Shown one piece after another: positions 1 through 9,184 of a stretch of DNA of 64,000 nucleotides (the stretch's first letter is position 1; the number at the start of each line of letters is the position of its first letter). The stretch comes from Blastocatellia bacterium (GTDB taxonomy: Bacteria > Acidobacteriota > Blastocatellia > UBA7656), in contig CAVXWP010000014.1 in assembly GCA_963765495.1 (NCBI GenBank), positions 32,001 through 96,000 of the forward strand, given 5' to 3'. Under the pieces are notes generated by a model. It was not told where the DNA came from. It saw nothing but the letters and a program-made list of their open reading frames with translations, and did no database searches. The translations under genes were made by a program, and so were the position numbers.

Positions 1-2269
1 TCTTCTCTTCGACTCTGATGCTGACTTCGGGCCGCGCGCCCGCTATGCGGCGATCAATGCGCAATTGCGTGAAGGGGATGACTATATCCTCCTGCCACAG
101 TCGTTCAAGTTGCGCGAGGCTTTTGCGCTCGCTGGCCAATCGCCCGGCGAAAAAACCTACAAGCGCGGGGTCCATTTTGATGATGACCGGCTGCGCGGCT
201 TCAAGCCTCGTGCCGAGCGCTTCCAGCCGTTCGGCTATTATCTGCTCGATAGCCGCCCGGTCAAGAACCTGAAATTCTATCACCTCGTCTATGGCGGCGG
301 CGAGCGCTTCTACAAGCCCGAATTCCGCGCTGCGCTCCCTGAGCAGCGAGCCGGTAGTCGGCCTTGAGGGCGCGCCTTCCTCGGGCGGTGCGGAAAAGCC
401 TACCTGATTTGGTTTGCCGTGTTCGCTTATGCGCGAAAGCGACATCGCCACCGTCATATTCGAAAGCGAAATCCTCGTTCCCGCCGCGTCCGTGAATCGG
501 CCTCGCTCAAACGCCTCGCCCAAAAATTGCTGCACGACCGGATGCGCCAGATCGATGTTGCGGAAGTATAGAACCGAATGCGGGCTGTCTTCGGCCGCTT
601 TGGATAAAAGCCCGCTCCGCTCGCCGTATCCGACATAGCCCGGCTCTGCGCCGACCAGCCGCGAGATTGCCCACGATTCGGTGAACTGGCTCATATCGAA
701 CTCGATCATCTTTTGCGGCGAGCCGTAAAGAAATTTCGCAAGCGCGGTCGCCATCTCGTGCTTGCCCACGCCTTCCGGCCCGATAAAGAGAAAGACCCCG
801 TCGGGCTGCTCGGGTCTGAGTTCGAGCCTGAGCTTGGCTATTCGCACTACGCGCGCCACGTCGCGGGCGGCCCGCATCTGACCCGGCACGGCGCTGTTTA
901 GAAAATCTTCGAGCCGGTCGAGCCGGTCGGCCGGGTCCTCATCCATGATTTCAAGCGGCAGCCCCGTGGTCTCTGAAAGCGTCTCGGTTATGCTCTCTCG
1001 CGACAGGTAATCCTTTCCGGCGATTGTAGTCTTTGCCGCCGCGCGGTCGAGCAGATCAAAGGCTTTATCGGGAAAGCTGCGCGAATGCAGATAACGGTCG
1101 GCCATATCTACTATGAGCGCGATCACCTCATCCGATATCTGTACCCCGTGATAGGATTCAAAAGCCTTGCGTGAATGAGAGAGTATTCGCGTAGTCTCTT
1201 CGGGCGAAGGCTCTTCGATTGTGATCGTGCTGAACCTGCGCGCAAGCGCCTCGTCGCGGGCTATATATTTGTAATACTCTCCAAGCGTCGTAGCGCCTAT
1301 GCACATGATCTCGCCTTTTGAGAGCGAGCTTTTCAGCAGGTTTGCAACATCACCCGTGCCTCCGGCTCCGCCCGCGCTGAGCAGCGTGTGAATCTCGTCA
1401 AAGAAGAGAATTACATCGCCTTCGCGGCGCACGTCTTCCAGCAATTTCTTCAGGCGCTCTTCTATCTCGCCCGCAAACTTCGCATCGGCCAGCAATCTGA
1501 GGCGCGAAACTTCCAGTATTCTTTTGCCCTGCAAACGCGCCGGCACATCGCCCGCGCAGAGCCTCATCGCTACGGCCGAAACGAGCGCCGTCTTGCCTAC
1601 GCCGGGTTTGCCTATCAACAGTGGATTGTTCTTGAGCTTGCGACAGAGAGTTTCAAGCACGGCCGTGATCTCGCGCTCGCGTCCGACAAAGGGGATCGGA
1701 GAAGCAGCGCGCGACTCTTCGGCGAGGTCGGCGCAGAAATCCTTGAGCGAGCCGCTAAGCTCGCGCGCCGGATAACCAGTGAATTGCTCCATCGTGGCTT
1801 CGCCGGTCTTGCCCGTCGTCGGTTGAACTTTAGAAGGGATTACGGATTCTTTCACGCGGTCGAAGAGGGCGAGGAGTTCGATCTCGAATTGCGGCTCGCC
1901 ATCGAAGGTTTCCCTGACGGTAGGGCTTGCCAGGGTGGCTCGAAGCAGTTGAGCGGGTATAATTTGAGCGATGCCTTCGGCCTGAGCCATGCGACCCGCG
2001 TCGGCCAGGACCTCCTGCGTCTCTTTCGGGACGACTATGCGCTCGGCCGGTTCCGTATAACGAGCCGAAAGCTTTTCGCGCGCCGCTTCAAGCAGCCTCA
2101 TCCGCTCATCTTGCAGGTGATCGGAATCAACCGGGATGTTTTCAAGAAGAGTCACAAGCAGGTGAAGCGGCGACACGACGCCGCCTCTTGCGCAGGCGAG
2201 CCTCTTTGCGATGTCGAACGCCTCGCGCGCCTCCGGGCCGAGCAGTTTGAGCAGTTCTTCCCTTTGCAT
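1..2269 (-). CDS. ClpA/ClpC-type AAA+ chaperone (Clp N domain, intact NBD1, degenerate NBD2); 3' end runs off the window
   Basis: Not in the ORF track; translated by hand from ATG 2269 (MQREELLKLLGPEAREAF...). Walker A GKPGVGKT, Walker B ILFFDEIH, IGATT, ALARRF; second module GVFLFIGPEGVGKH and pore loop GAEPGYVGY. Confidence 0.9.
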   Translation of the reverse strand, partial: MQREELLKLLGPEAREAFDIAKRLACARGGVVSPLHLLVTLLENIPVDSDHLQDERMRLLEAAREKLSARYTEPAERIVVPKETQEVLADAGRMAQAEGIAQIIPAQLLRATLASPTVRETFDGEPQFEIELLALFDRVKESVIPSKVQPTTGKTGEATMEQFTGYPARELSGSLKDFCADLAEESRAASPIPFVGREREITAVLETLCRKLKNNPLLIGKPGVGKTALVSAVAMRLCAGDVPARLQGKRILEVSRLRLLADAKFAGEIEERLKKLLEDVRREGDVILFFDEIHTLLSAGGAGGTGDVANLLKSSLSKGEIMCIGATTLGEYYKYIARDEALARRFSTITIEEPSPEETTRILSHSRKAFESYHGVQISDEVIALIVDMADRYLHSRSFPDKAFDLLDRAAAKTTIAGKDYLSRESITETLSETTGLPLEIMDEDPADRLDRLEDFLNSAVPGQMRAARDVARVVRIAKLRLELRPEQPDGVFLFIGPEGVGKHEMATALAKFLYGSPQKMIEFDMSQFTESWAISRLVGAEPGYVGYGERSGLLSKAAEDSPHSVLYFRNIDLAHPVVQQFLGEAFERGRFTDAAGTRISLSNMTVAMSLSRISEHGKPNQVGFSAPPEEGAPSRPTTGSLLRERSAEFGLVEALAAAIDEVIEFQVLDRAAIEQIIAERLEALGTRLEAAQPVIIKMDPALVGFFAGRLASERKSLAQLERLWQEDIVIPFTQLRIDRRIAGARPEVSIRVEEK

Positions 2270-2393
2270 ACAGTTGCGCTGCCGATTGATGGATAACAAA
2301 CAACCCTGTAGTTGCTTTGCCTGGCTCCCGCGACAAAGCCTATACGGCCTGTTGTCGCGGGTCAATACCTGTTGCAATTTATTGGATGGGGTT

Positions 2394-2828
2394 TTATTGG
2401 ATGGCCTCGGAAGTGACTATGGATCGCTGCTGTGTAGCATCAGAGATGGTGAGCAGTTGTTCGGAATAGAGATTCGAGTTGATAAGGGTCTGCACTACGT
2501 AGTCGCCGGGAGTCATAAAAGAGACATTCGCAAAAATGGTGACGTTGTCGGCATAACCGTCTGGCGGAATCTCGAAGGGTGAAGGCGGCGAGGCCGCGAT
2601 AGACTGAGTCCTGTCAGGCGTAAGTATTCGGACCTCCGAAAGAAACTGTCCCTCGCCCGACCAGTGATTGAGCACGACCATCTTGAGCAATGTGACCGGC
2701 ATCTGCGGAACCTGTATGCCGTAAAATATTCCCATAAGGCTCAACTTGTGATTGATCTCAAGCCGCACGTCTTCGCAGATAATGGTGTAGTACAAATGTA
2801 GGTTTTCTGGGGCTTTTTTTTGAGACAT
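2394..2828 (-). CDS. Hypothetical beta-sandwich protein (DUF6941-like)
   Basis: ICEDVRLE..KLSLMGIF N-terminal motif; likely start MSQKK at 2828 (alternative 2882). Confidence 0.65.
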   Translation of the reverse strand: MSQKKAPENLHLYYTIICEDVRLEINHKLSLMGIFYGIQVPQMPVTLLKMVVLNHWSGEGQFLSEVRILTPDRTQSIAASPPSPFEIPPDGYADNVTIFANVSFMTPGDYVVQTLINSNLYSEQLLTISDATQQRSIVTSEAIQ

Positions 2829-2915
2829 CAATTCTCTCGCTTTCCGGTAAAGACTAACTATCTCATGTCGGTTGGCGCTCATACAAGCAAGGGCTTTCGT
2901 TGTAGGAACTCAGAA

Positions 2916-2985
2916 TTGCCACAGAGACACGGAGACACAGAGACAGGATTATAAAAGACTCTGTGCCTCTGTGCCTCTGTGGCAA
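2916..2985. repeat. Palindromic element with octamer tandem-repeat arms
   Basis: ttgccacagagacacggagacacagag ... ctctgtgcctctgtgcctctgtggcaa. Confidence 0.85.
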
Positions 2986-3052
2986 ATTTCTCCCTTTCTG
3001 AACATATACCAATCGGTCTCGTTAATCTCAGATCTCAAATTGCGCGCCAGCG

Positions 3053-6000
3053 CTATGCTCCCTGCCGTCGTCTGGTTACGCTCGCAATAACCGTGGCAAG
3101 CTCGATCAGTTCCACAGGCTTTGACACGTGCGCGTCAAAACCTGCCGCGAGTGCGCGCAATCGGTCTTCGGCCCGCGCGTGCGCCGTCAACGCGATTGCG
3201 GCTATATCGCTTTGAGCCGACTCCGTAGCGCGTACCTTGCGGATTAAGGAATACCCGTCTTCTCCGTACATCTCTATATCAGAAATCAAGACGTCCGGCT
3301 TTGATCGTTCGAGCAATTCGAACCCTTCGGCGGCGTTTGCTGCTATCGTCACCCTTGCGCCGCATTGCTCAAGCATGAGCTTCATGACTTCTCGCGCATC
3401 CGGCTCATCCTCGACCACCAGCAGATGCAACCCGTCCAGTCGCGTTGGCGAGTCAGAGATTGCGGCTGTCGCGTGGCGAACCTCTTCCTGTTCCACCACG
3501 TCCGGGTTAAAACGTCCCGTATCATGGGCAATAATAAGCGGCAGCGTGACCATAAATGTAGCGCCCTGATCCTTCCCACTGCTTTGAGTCGATATTGTCC
3601 CGCCATGCAGTTCGACAAGATGACGCACGAGCGCCAGCCCCAAACCGAGCCCTCCGTGTTTTCTGGTGTAAGAGGTGTCTGCCTGCCGGAATCGCTCAAA
3701 AATAAAGGGCTGGAAGTCCGGGTCAATCCCCGGCCCTGTGTCGCTCACGATTATCTCGATGTGAGAGTTGACCCGCTCCAACCTAACCTGGACTCGCCCG
3801 CCTTTTGGGGTGAATTTCACGGCGTTTGACAAGAGATTCCACACGATCTGCTGCAATCGCTGAGGGTCGCCCGACACCGGACCGGCATTTGAGTCGAGCA
3901 ATAACTGGAGCCGAATCCCCTTGGCATCCGCAGCGGGTCGTATCACATCGACGGCGGCTTGAATCACGGCTGAAAGCTCGACGGGTTGTATTTCGAGCCG
4001 CAGCTTTCCTGTGATGATCCGCGAAACATCGAGCAGGTCTTCGATAAGCCTCGCCTGTGATCTGGCGTTTCGCTCTATGGTCTCCAGCCCGCGCGCGCTC
4101 ATCTCTTCGGTGAGTCTCCCTCCGCGCATCATAGTGACCCATCCCAGTATGGCGTTTAGCGGAGTCCTCAATTCGTGAGATACGGTTGCCAAAAATTCGT
4201 CTTTGGTCCGATTGGCGGCCTCTGCCTGAGCGCGGGCCTCCTGTTCACGCACCAGCAATTCGGCGCTGAGTTTCTGAGCCTGTTCAGCTTCGAGTCGAGC
4301 GCCCTGCGCGCTCACAAGCAATTGTTCGCGCTCCTCTTCGGCTCTCTTGCGCTCGGTGATGTCGCGAAAATAGACCGCAAGCGACCCGTCCGCGGACGGG
4401 AAACACCTGTTCTCAAACCACATATCCCATGGTTCGTAGAAGCTTTCAAATTCTACGCTCATCTGTTCTTCGACGGCGCGGCGGAATTCTCTTTCTGTCT
4501 CCGTGCCAAGTGTGGCCGGAAATGCTTCCCAGAGCTTCTTCCCAAGCAACTCATTTCGATTCAGACCCAGGCGTTCGGCTTCGGCGTTTATATAAATGTA
4601 GCGCCAGTCGCGGTCGAGCGCGACAAAGCCTTCATTGATACTTTCCCAGATGTTGATAACCTGTTGTTGAGCTTCGCGGCGGATGCGGACCAGTTCGAGA
4701 TGCGTCCCCACGCGGGCGAGAAGTTCGCGGGCCGAAAACGGTTTGACAAGATAATCGTCGGCCCCCGCTTCTATGCCTTCCACCCGGGCCTCTTCGCCCG
4801 CCCGCGCCGAAAGCATGATGACGGGAATCGTGCTCGTGCCCGGATTGTCTCTGAGCGCCCTCAGGAGGCCGAATCCGTCCAGGTGCGGCATCATTATATC
4901 CGTCAGCACAAGGTCCGGCGTGCGTTCTCGCGCAGCCGCGAGCGCCATCTCCCCGTCGGCTACCGCCTCGACTTCATACCGCGTACCCAACAACCTGCGC
5001 ACGTAATCGCGCATATCGGCGTTGTCATCAGCCAGCAGGATGCGCGCTCGCTTGCTTTCTTCGGATTTCTCTCTGGCCTCCAGCGGAAAACCGAAAATGT
5101 CCTTGCTTATAGAGCTTTCGGCAGCCGAACCAGATGCATCGTCTGGAAGCCAGCCGAGCGCCTCTTCGATGTATGTATTGGTGCCGAGTGCGGTTGACGT
5201 GAGTGATCGCCCGGCTTGAATGCGATCCGAGGGCAGATGCGCGTGGCCGAATGGGATCGTCACAATGAATGCGCTGCCTTGCCCGTAGACGCTTTCTACC
5301 CTCACCGAGCCATCGTGAAGCTTGACCAGTTCCTGTACAAGCGCGAGGCCGATTCCCGTCCCCTCGTAAGTGCGCCCGCGCGCGCCTTCTACTCTGTGAA
5401 ATCGCTCGAAAAGATGAGGCACCTCTTCGGCAGGAATGCCTATGCCGGTGTCTTTAATTGTAAGCTCGGCCATCTCTCCTGCCGCCTGCAATCGCACTTC
5501 AATCCCGCCTTCGAAAGTAAATTTGAAGGCATTCGAGAGCAGGTTTAGAACCACCTTTTCCCACATCTCGCGATCCACATAAACCGGCTCGGGCAGGGTC
5601 GGGCAATCAATAACGAGTTGCATCTCCGCCCGCTCGATGGCTGAGCGAAACACGCTCGCCAGATCAACCGTGAGGGCGGCCAGGTCTACAGGCTCGTAGC
5701 TCGCCTGCATACGGCCCGCCTCAATGCGCGAAAAGTCGAGCAGAGTGTTGACCAGTTTCAGCAGGCGCAGGCTGTTACGGTGAGCGACTTCGATATGCTG
5801 ACGATCTTCAGTCGCGTTGTCGGTTTTGGCCAGCAGGTCTTCAAGCGGGCCGAGCATCAGCGTGAGCGGAGTGCGAAACTCGTGGCTGACATTGCTGAAG
5901 AAAAGCGTCTTGGCGCGGTCCAGTTCGGCGAGAGCTTCGGCGCGCTTGCGCTCTTCCTCGTATGCCTGAGCGTTGGCGATACTGGCCGCTATCTGGGACG

Positions 6001-6967
6001 AAACCAGATCGATGAAACTTCTATAATTGTCGTCGAAGAGTCTGAACGGGTTTAGACCGGCAACGAGTATACCCGCTTTCCCCATCTCTCCTGATGGCGC
6101 GATTGGAACGGTCACGGCCTGTGAGGGAGGACGCTGCCATGCGCCTGTCGGAAGGTTGTCAAAGGTCGTCTCCAGACCAATGACCAGACGGTGTTTATGC
6201 GATTGAACCACTTCGGCAAAAGGCCATATTGAATCCTCATCCAGGGCGATCGTTTCAGGGGCTGCCGCGTGACCCCGCTCGATGCCGCAGGCTCCGGCCA
6301 GCGTGACGAGCCGCTTATCGGGGTCTATCAGATAGATCATCGCAAAGGGCAGATCAAAGGGGTTGGTCTCAAGACATCGGGCGCTCAGTGTGCAGGCATC
6401 GTCAAATGTGCGGGCATCCACGGCCCTTGCCGCAAGCTCTTTGAGCAAGGCCAACTGGCGTTCTCCCACTATGCGCTCGGTGTTATCGGTGTTTGCGCAA
6501 ATGATGCCGCCCGTGCCGCCCTGATCGCCGGGAACCGGGCTATATGAAAACGTGTAGTATGTTTCCTCCGGGTAGCCGTTACGCTCCATTATAAGCAGAA
6601 GCGACTCATCGTAAGTACCCTCATTTTTTAGCATCGCCGATTCGGCGCGAGGACTGACCTGATCCCATATCTCTCGCCACACATAAGAGGCCGGCTGTCC
6701 GAGCACCTCAGGGTGTTTGCCGCCGACAATCGCCTTATAGGCATCGTTGTACAGATTGATAAGTTCTTCGCCCCACCATACGAACATCGGCTGGCGAGAT
6801 GTGAGCATTATACGCACGGCGGTCTTCAGGCTTTGCGGCCACTGCTCGGCCGGGCCAAGCGGAGTAACTGCCCAGTTGAATGCGCGCATGCGCGCTCCCA
6901 TCTCTCCGCCCCCGCTGAGAAAATCCACGGCAACCTGTCCATTCCCGTTTTCAGTCGTATTTTCCAT
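3053..6967 (-). CDS. Hybrid sensor histidine kinase (PAS-like/GAF-HisKA-HATPase-REC-PAS-HisKA-HATPase-REC)
   Basis: Two H-boxes (SHEFRTPL, SHELRTPL), two NxxKFT/GxGLGL ATPase domains, receiver motifs LTDIMMP and ISDIEMY. Confidence 0.95.
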   Translation of the reverse strand: MENTTENGNGQVAVDFLSGGGEMGARMRAFNWAVTPLGPAEQWPQSLKTAVRIMLTSRQPMFVWWGEELINLYNDAYKAIVGGKHPEVLGQPASYVWREIWDQVSPRAESAMLKNEGTYDESLLLIMERNGYPEETYYTFSYSPVPGDQGGTGGIICANTDNTERIVGERQLALLKELAARAVDARTFDDACTLSARCLETNPFDLPFAMIYLIDPDKRLVTLAGACGIERGHAAAPETIALDEDSIWPFAEVVQSHKHRLVIGLETTFDNLPTGAWQRPPSQAVTVPIAPSGEMGKAGILVAGLNPFRLFDDNYRSFIDLVSSQIAASIANAQAYEEERKRAEALAELDRAKTLFFSNVSHEFRTPLTLMLGPLEDLLAKTDNATEDRQHIEVAHRNSLRLLKLVNTLLDFSRIEAGRMQASYEPVDLAALTVDLASVFRSAIERAEMQLVIDCPTLPEPVYVDREMWEKVVLNLLSNAFKFTFEGGIEVRLQAAGEMAELTIKDTGIGIPAEEVPHLFERFHRVEGARGRTYEGTGIGLALVQELVKLHDGSVRVESVYGQGSAFIVTIPFGHAHLPSDRIQAGRSLTSTALGTNTYIEEALGWLPDDASGSAAESSISKDIFGFPLEAREKSEESKRARILLADDNADMRDYVRRLLGTRYEVEAVADGEMALAAARERTPDLVLTDIMMPHLDGFGLLRALRDNPGTSTIPVIMLSARAGEEARVEGIEAGADDYLVKPFSARELLARVGTHLELVRIRREAQQQVINIWESINEGFVALDRDWRYIYINAEAERLGLNRNELLGKKLWEAFPATLGTETEREFRRAVEEQMSVEFESFYEPWDMWFENRCFPSADGSLAVYFRDITERKRAEEEREQLLVSAQGARLEAEQAQKLSAELLVREQEARAQAEAANRTKDEFLATVSHELRTPLNAILGWVTMMRGGRLTEEMSARGLETIERNARSQARLIEDLLDVSRIITGKLRLEIQPVELSAVIQAAVDVIRPAADAKGIRLQLLLDSNAGPVSGDPQRLQQIVWNLLSNAVKFTPKGGRVQVRLERVNSHIEIIVSDTGPGIDPDFQPFIFERFRQADTSYTRKHGGLGLGLALVRHLVELHGGTISTQSSGKDQGATFMVTLPLIIAHDTGRFNPDVVEQEEVRHATAAISDSPTRLDGLHLLVVEDEPDAREVMKLMLEQCGARVTIAANAAEGFELLERSKPDVLISDIEMYGEDGYSLIRKVRATESAQSDIAAIALTAHARAEDRLRALAAGFDAHVSKPVELIELATVIASVTRRRQGA

Positions 6968-7285
6968 AAAACCGTCTCTGTGATTTAAGATTCAACTAAT
7001 GGAACAAGCTCGAAAAAATATTGATGGTTAGAGTAGGGGGCGAAGCGCCGGATAAGCGCTTGAAACTGAAATGCGACGGCGTTGTCCATATTCCACCTTT
7101 CGCATCTTGCGTTGAAAGATGCGTGCTGGAACCCACAAGCGTCGCCTGATGCCACAGACCAGATAGCAGGTGTTTGATTTTATCACAACCCTCTTTGCCT
7201 ATGTATACCCTGAGCCGGTTTGCTCTTATATTATTTTAAATTGAGACCGACTGCGCTGGAAATAAATCTCTATCACCCGCGCCTA

Positions 7286-7319
7286 TCTGAAATTTCAAAT
7301 CTCGAATCTCAAATCTCAG
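7286..7319 (+). repeat. Short heptamer tandem repeat (AAATCTC-like), related to 62172-62205
   Basis: atctgaaatttcaaatctcgaatctcaaatctcag. Confidence 0.55.
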
Positions 7320-7373
7320 TCGTAGTGATCGACGGCCATCCTTACTTTCTCTAAAGCGGCAATAAGACCGGAC

Positions 7374-7411
7374 ATGAAGAAAATGCCGACCAGATTATCT
7401 GGTCGGCATTT
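7374..7411 (-). terminator. Rho-independent terminator of the 7457-8248 gene
   Basis: Stem AAATGCCGACCAG / CTGGTCGGCATTT followed by a T-rich tract on the minus strand. Confidence 0.8.
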
Positions 7412-7456
7412 CACTTTTGAATCACGGACTTAATAGCCCTTTAGAAGGTCCATCGA

Positions 7457-8248
7457 CTACCTGCGCCCTCGATAGGCTTCTTCGTAGCCTCGCTGGTAAC
7501 CCTCGCGATACCCCTGCTGGTACACGCTGCGGTCGCCGTACTCTGAGCGCCAGCCGCTTGTTGCATTGCGATAATCGCTAGCGTCATTGTAGTTGTAATT
7601 TCGCCGTCTGTTTCTATCATCCTGACCGTGCCGCAAGCCATCACGATAGCCGTTCTGCTGCGCCAGGCGATATACTTCGTTGCGATCATATCGGTTGTTA
7701 CGGTCGTTGCGATCATTGCGATCATTACGGTCGTCGCGACCTCTGTTACGCCTGTTGTACCAGTCGTCATCATCTCGACCCCAACGATCGTTTCCATAAA
7801 CCTCGTCGAAACTGGCACCCAGAACGGCCGCGGCATCTTTGCGATCATAACGGCGCGTGCGTCGGGAGCGGGCATCATTGAATCCTTCTTTGAAGCCCTT
7901 TCTGAAATAATCGCGGTAGGTTTTTACATCACCCATAAAATCTCGCCATCCGTCGTCCGGGTCACGGTACTCGGGCATGTCGTTATAGTTTTCCCTGTAT
8001 CCCCTTCCAGAATCGTTCTTTGCTATGGTGTAGGCCTGCGCATAACCGAATTTGAAGGCAAAGTCTCTTTCTCTTTGTTGGGGCCATCTGCCGTATTGTC
8101 CATTTCTGTTGTACTGGCCATAGCTGTAATTATCGTATGTACGGTACTGTGCCTGAGCCGTCGAATTTGCTATCACTCCTATGCCGAGCAACAGCGCAAT
8201 CGTCAGGGCAGTACCGCCTATCTTTCTCCTCAGGTTTATCGTGCTCAT
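7457..8248 (-). CDS. Secreted Arg/Asp/Tyr-rich protein with two ~65-aa GYxxG repeat domains and an (RND)n linker
   Basis: Signal peptide ending AQA; AGGGAGG RBS; internal repeats. Confidence 0.85.
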   Translation of the reverse strand: MSTINLRRKIGGTALTIALLLGIGVIANSTAQAQYRTYDNYSYGQYNRNGQYGRWPQQRERDFAFKFGYAQAYTIAKNDSGRGYRENYNDMPEYRDPDDGWRDFMGDVKTYRDYFRKGFKEGFNDARSRRTRRYDRKDAAAVLGASFDEVYGNDRWGRDDDDWYNRRNRGRDDRNDRNDRNDRNNRYDRNEVYRLAQQNGYRDGLRHGQDDRNRRRNYNYNDASDYRNATSGWRSEYGDRSVYQQGYREGYQRGYEEAYRGRR

Positions 8249-8311
8249 CTTCGTCCTCCCTACGTTTAACAGTTACAGAGTCAATATCGATTGCTCTGCG
8301 ACTAATAATAT

Positions 8312-8327
8312 AACAATTAGCGTGCCA
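8312..8327 (-). promoter_or_regulatory. Probable sigma54 (-24/-12) promoter
   Basis: TGGCACGCTAATTGTT versus consensus TGGCAC-N5-TTGCW (one mismatch at -12), about 65 bp upstream of ATG 8248. Confidence 0.55.
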
Positions 8328-8490
8328 TAGGTGGCCTGTATTCAATCAAATAGGTAAAAGACCTGTTCTACAGGCAGTTAGAGCGATCACCTCCTAAATT
8401 GCGGGGATGAGTGAACTGTATCGAAACACCAATTGCGAGTGAGTTCAAACGATTTCGTATAGGCGAAAATCGCCAAACCATAGATTTAAA

Positions 8491-8563
8491 TTTTGAGTTT
8501 TGAGTTTTGAGTTTTGAATTCCGTTTTATTTATTTCAATTCAAAACTCAAAACTCAAAACTCA
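8491..8563. repeat. Palindrome with (TTTTGAG)n / (CTCAAAA)n heptamer arms, directly after the accB stop
   Basis: ttttgagttttgagttttgagttttgaatt ... aattcaaaactcaaaactcaaaactca. Confidence 0.9.
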
Positions 8564-9058
8564 TCATTCAACGACCGCCAGCACTTGATTGGCATTGACC
8601 GTAACGCCTTCCCGGACGCGGATTTCGCTTACTCGCCCGTCCTTTGGCGATTTGATCTCGTTTTGCATCTTCATTGCCTCTACGATAATCACTCCCTGAC
8701 CTGTCGTGACCTGATCGCCTGTGTTTAGCAGGATGCGCACAACCTTTCCCGGCATAGGGGATATGAGATGCTGCTCGCCGTCATTGCCTTGATCTGCGGG
8801 CGAGCGTCTGTGCTTACGGTCTATAATTCTGGCGGTGAAAATGCGGTCGCGGAGTTTAATCCTGAGCGTACCCGCATCCGAAGGCCACACTCGTGTTTCG
8901 TAAACGTGGTCGCCCGAAAAAAGGAGATAAACGCTGCTTTCCGGGCGGATAAGCTCCAGATCGTAACTGCGCTGTTCGATGATTGCACGGATGTGACCAT
9001 CGCGCTCCTCAATATCTATTTCTATCTGGCGACCGTCAATTTCGGCTTCGTATTTCAT
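8564..9058 (-). CDS. accB: Biotin carboxyl carrier protein of an acyl-CoA carboxylase
   Basis: SPMPGKV and EAMKM biotinylation motif; start MKYEAEIDG. Confidence 0.9.
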   Translation of the reverse strand: MKYEAEIDGRQIEIDIEERDGHIRAIIEQRSYDLELIRPESSVYLLFSGDHVYETRVWPSDAGTLRIKLRDRIFTARIIDRKHRRSPADQGNDGEQHLISPMPGKVVRILLNTGDQVTTGQGVIIVEAMKMQNEIKSPKDGRVSEIRVREGVTVNANQVLAVVE

Positions 9059-9076
9059 AGTCTGATGACGCGCAAT

Positions 9077-9181
9077 ACGTGAAGCGTGATACGTGAAGCG
9101 TGATTCGTAATTTGCCGGACTTGCAAATTGACTATGGCCTACAGGCTCATCACGAATCACGAATCACGCTTCACGTATCAC
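9077..9181. repeat. CGTGA-heptamer-armed palindromic repeat, family copy 1
   Basis: cgtgaagcgtgatacgtgaagcgtgattcg ... atcacgaatcacgaatcacgcttcacgtatcac; core GACTTGCAAATTG. Confidence 0.85.
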
Positions 9182-9184
9182 CTT

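Noticed and set aside
18-2296. Plus-strand ORFs (e.g. 1388-2296, 65-367)
   Set aside because: Antisense shadows of the minus-strand Clp ATPase; the same applies to most long overlapping ORFs elsewhere (4175-5197, 25882-26952, 45351-46346)
9059-9160. N-terminal extension of accB in the ORF track; similar extensions at 58699-58842 and 34876-34941
   Set aside because: These translate repeat elements or an overlapping gene; better starts lie downstream
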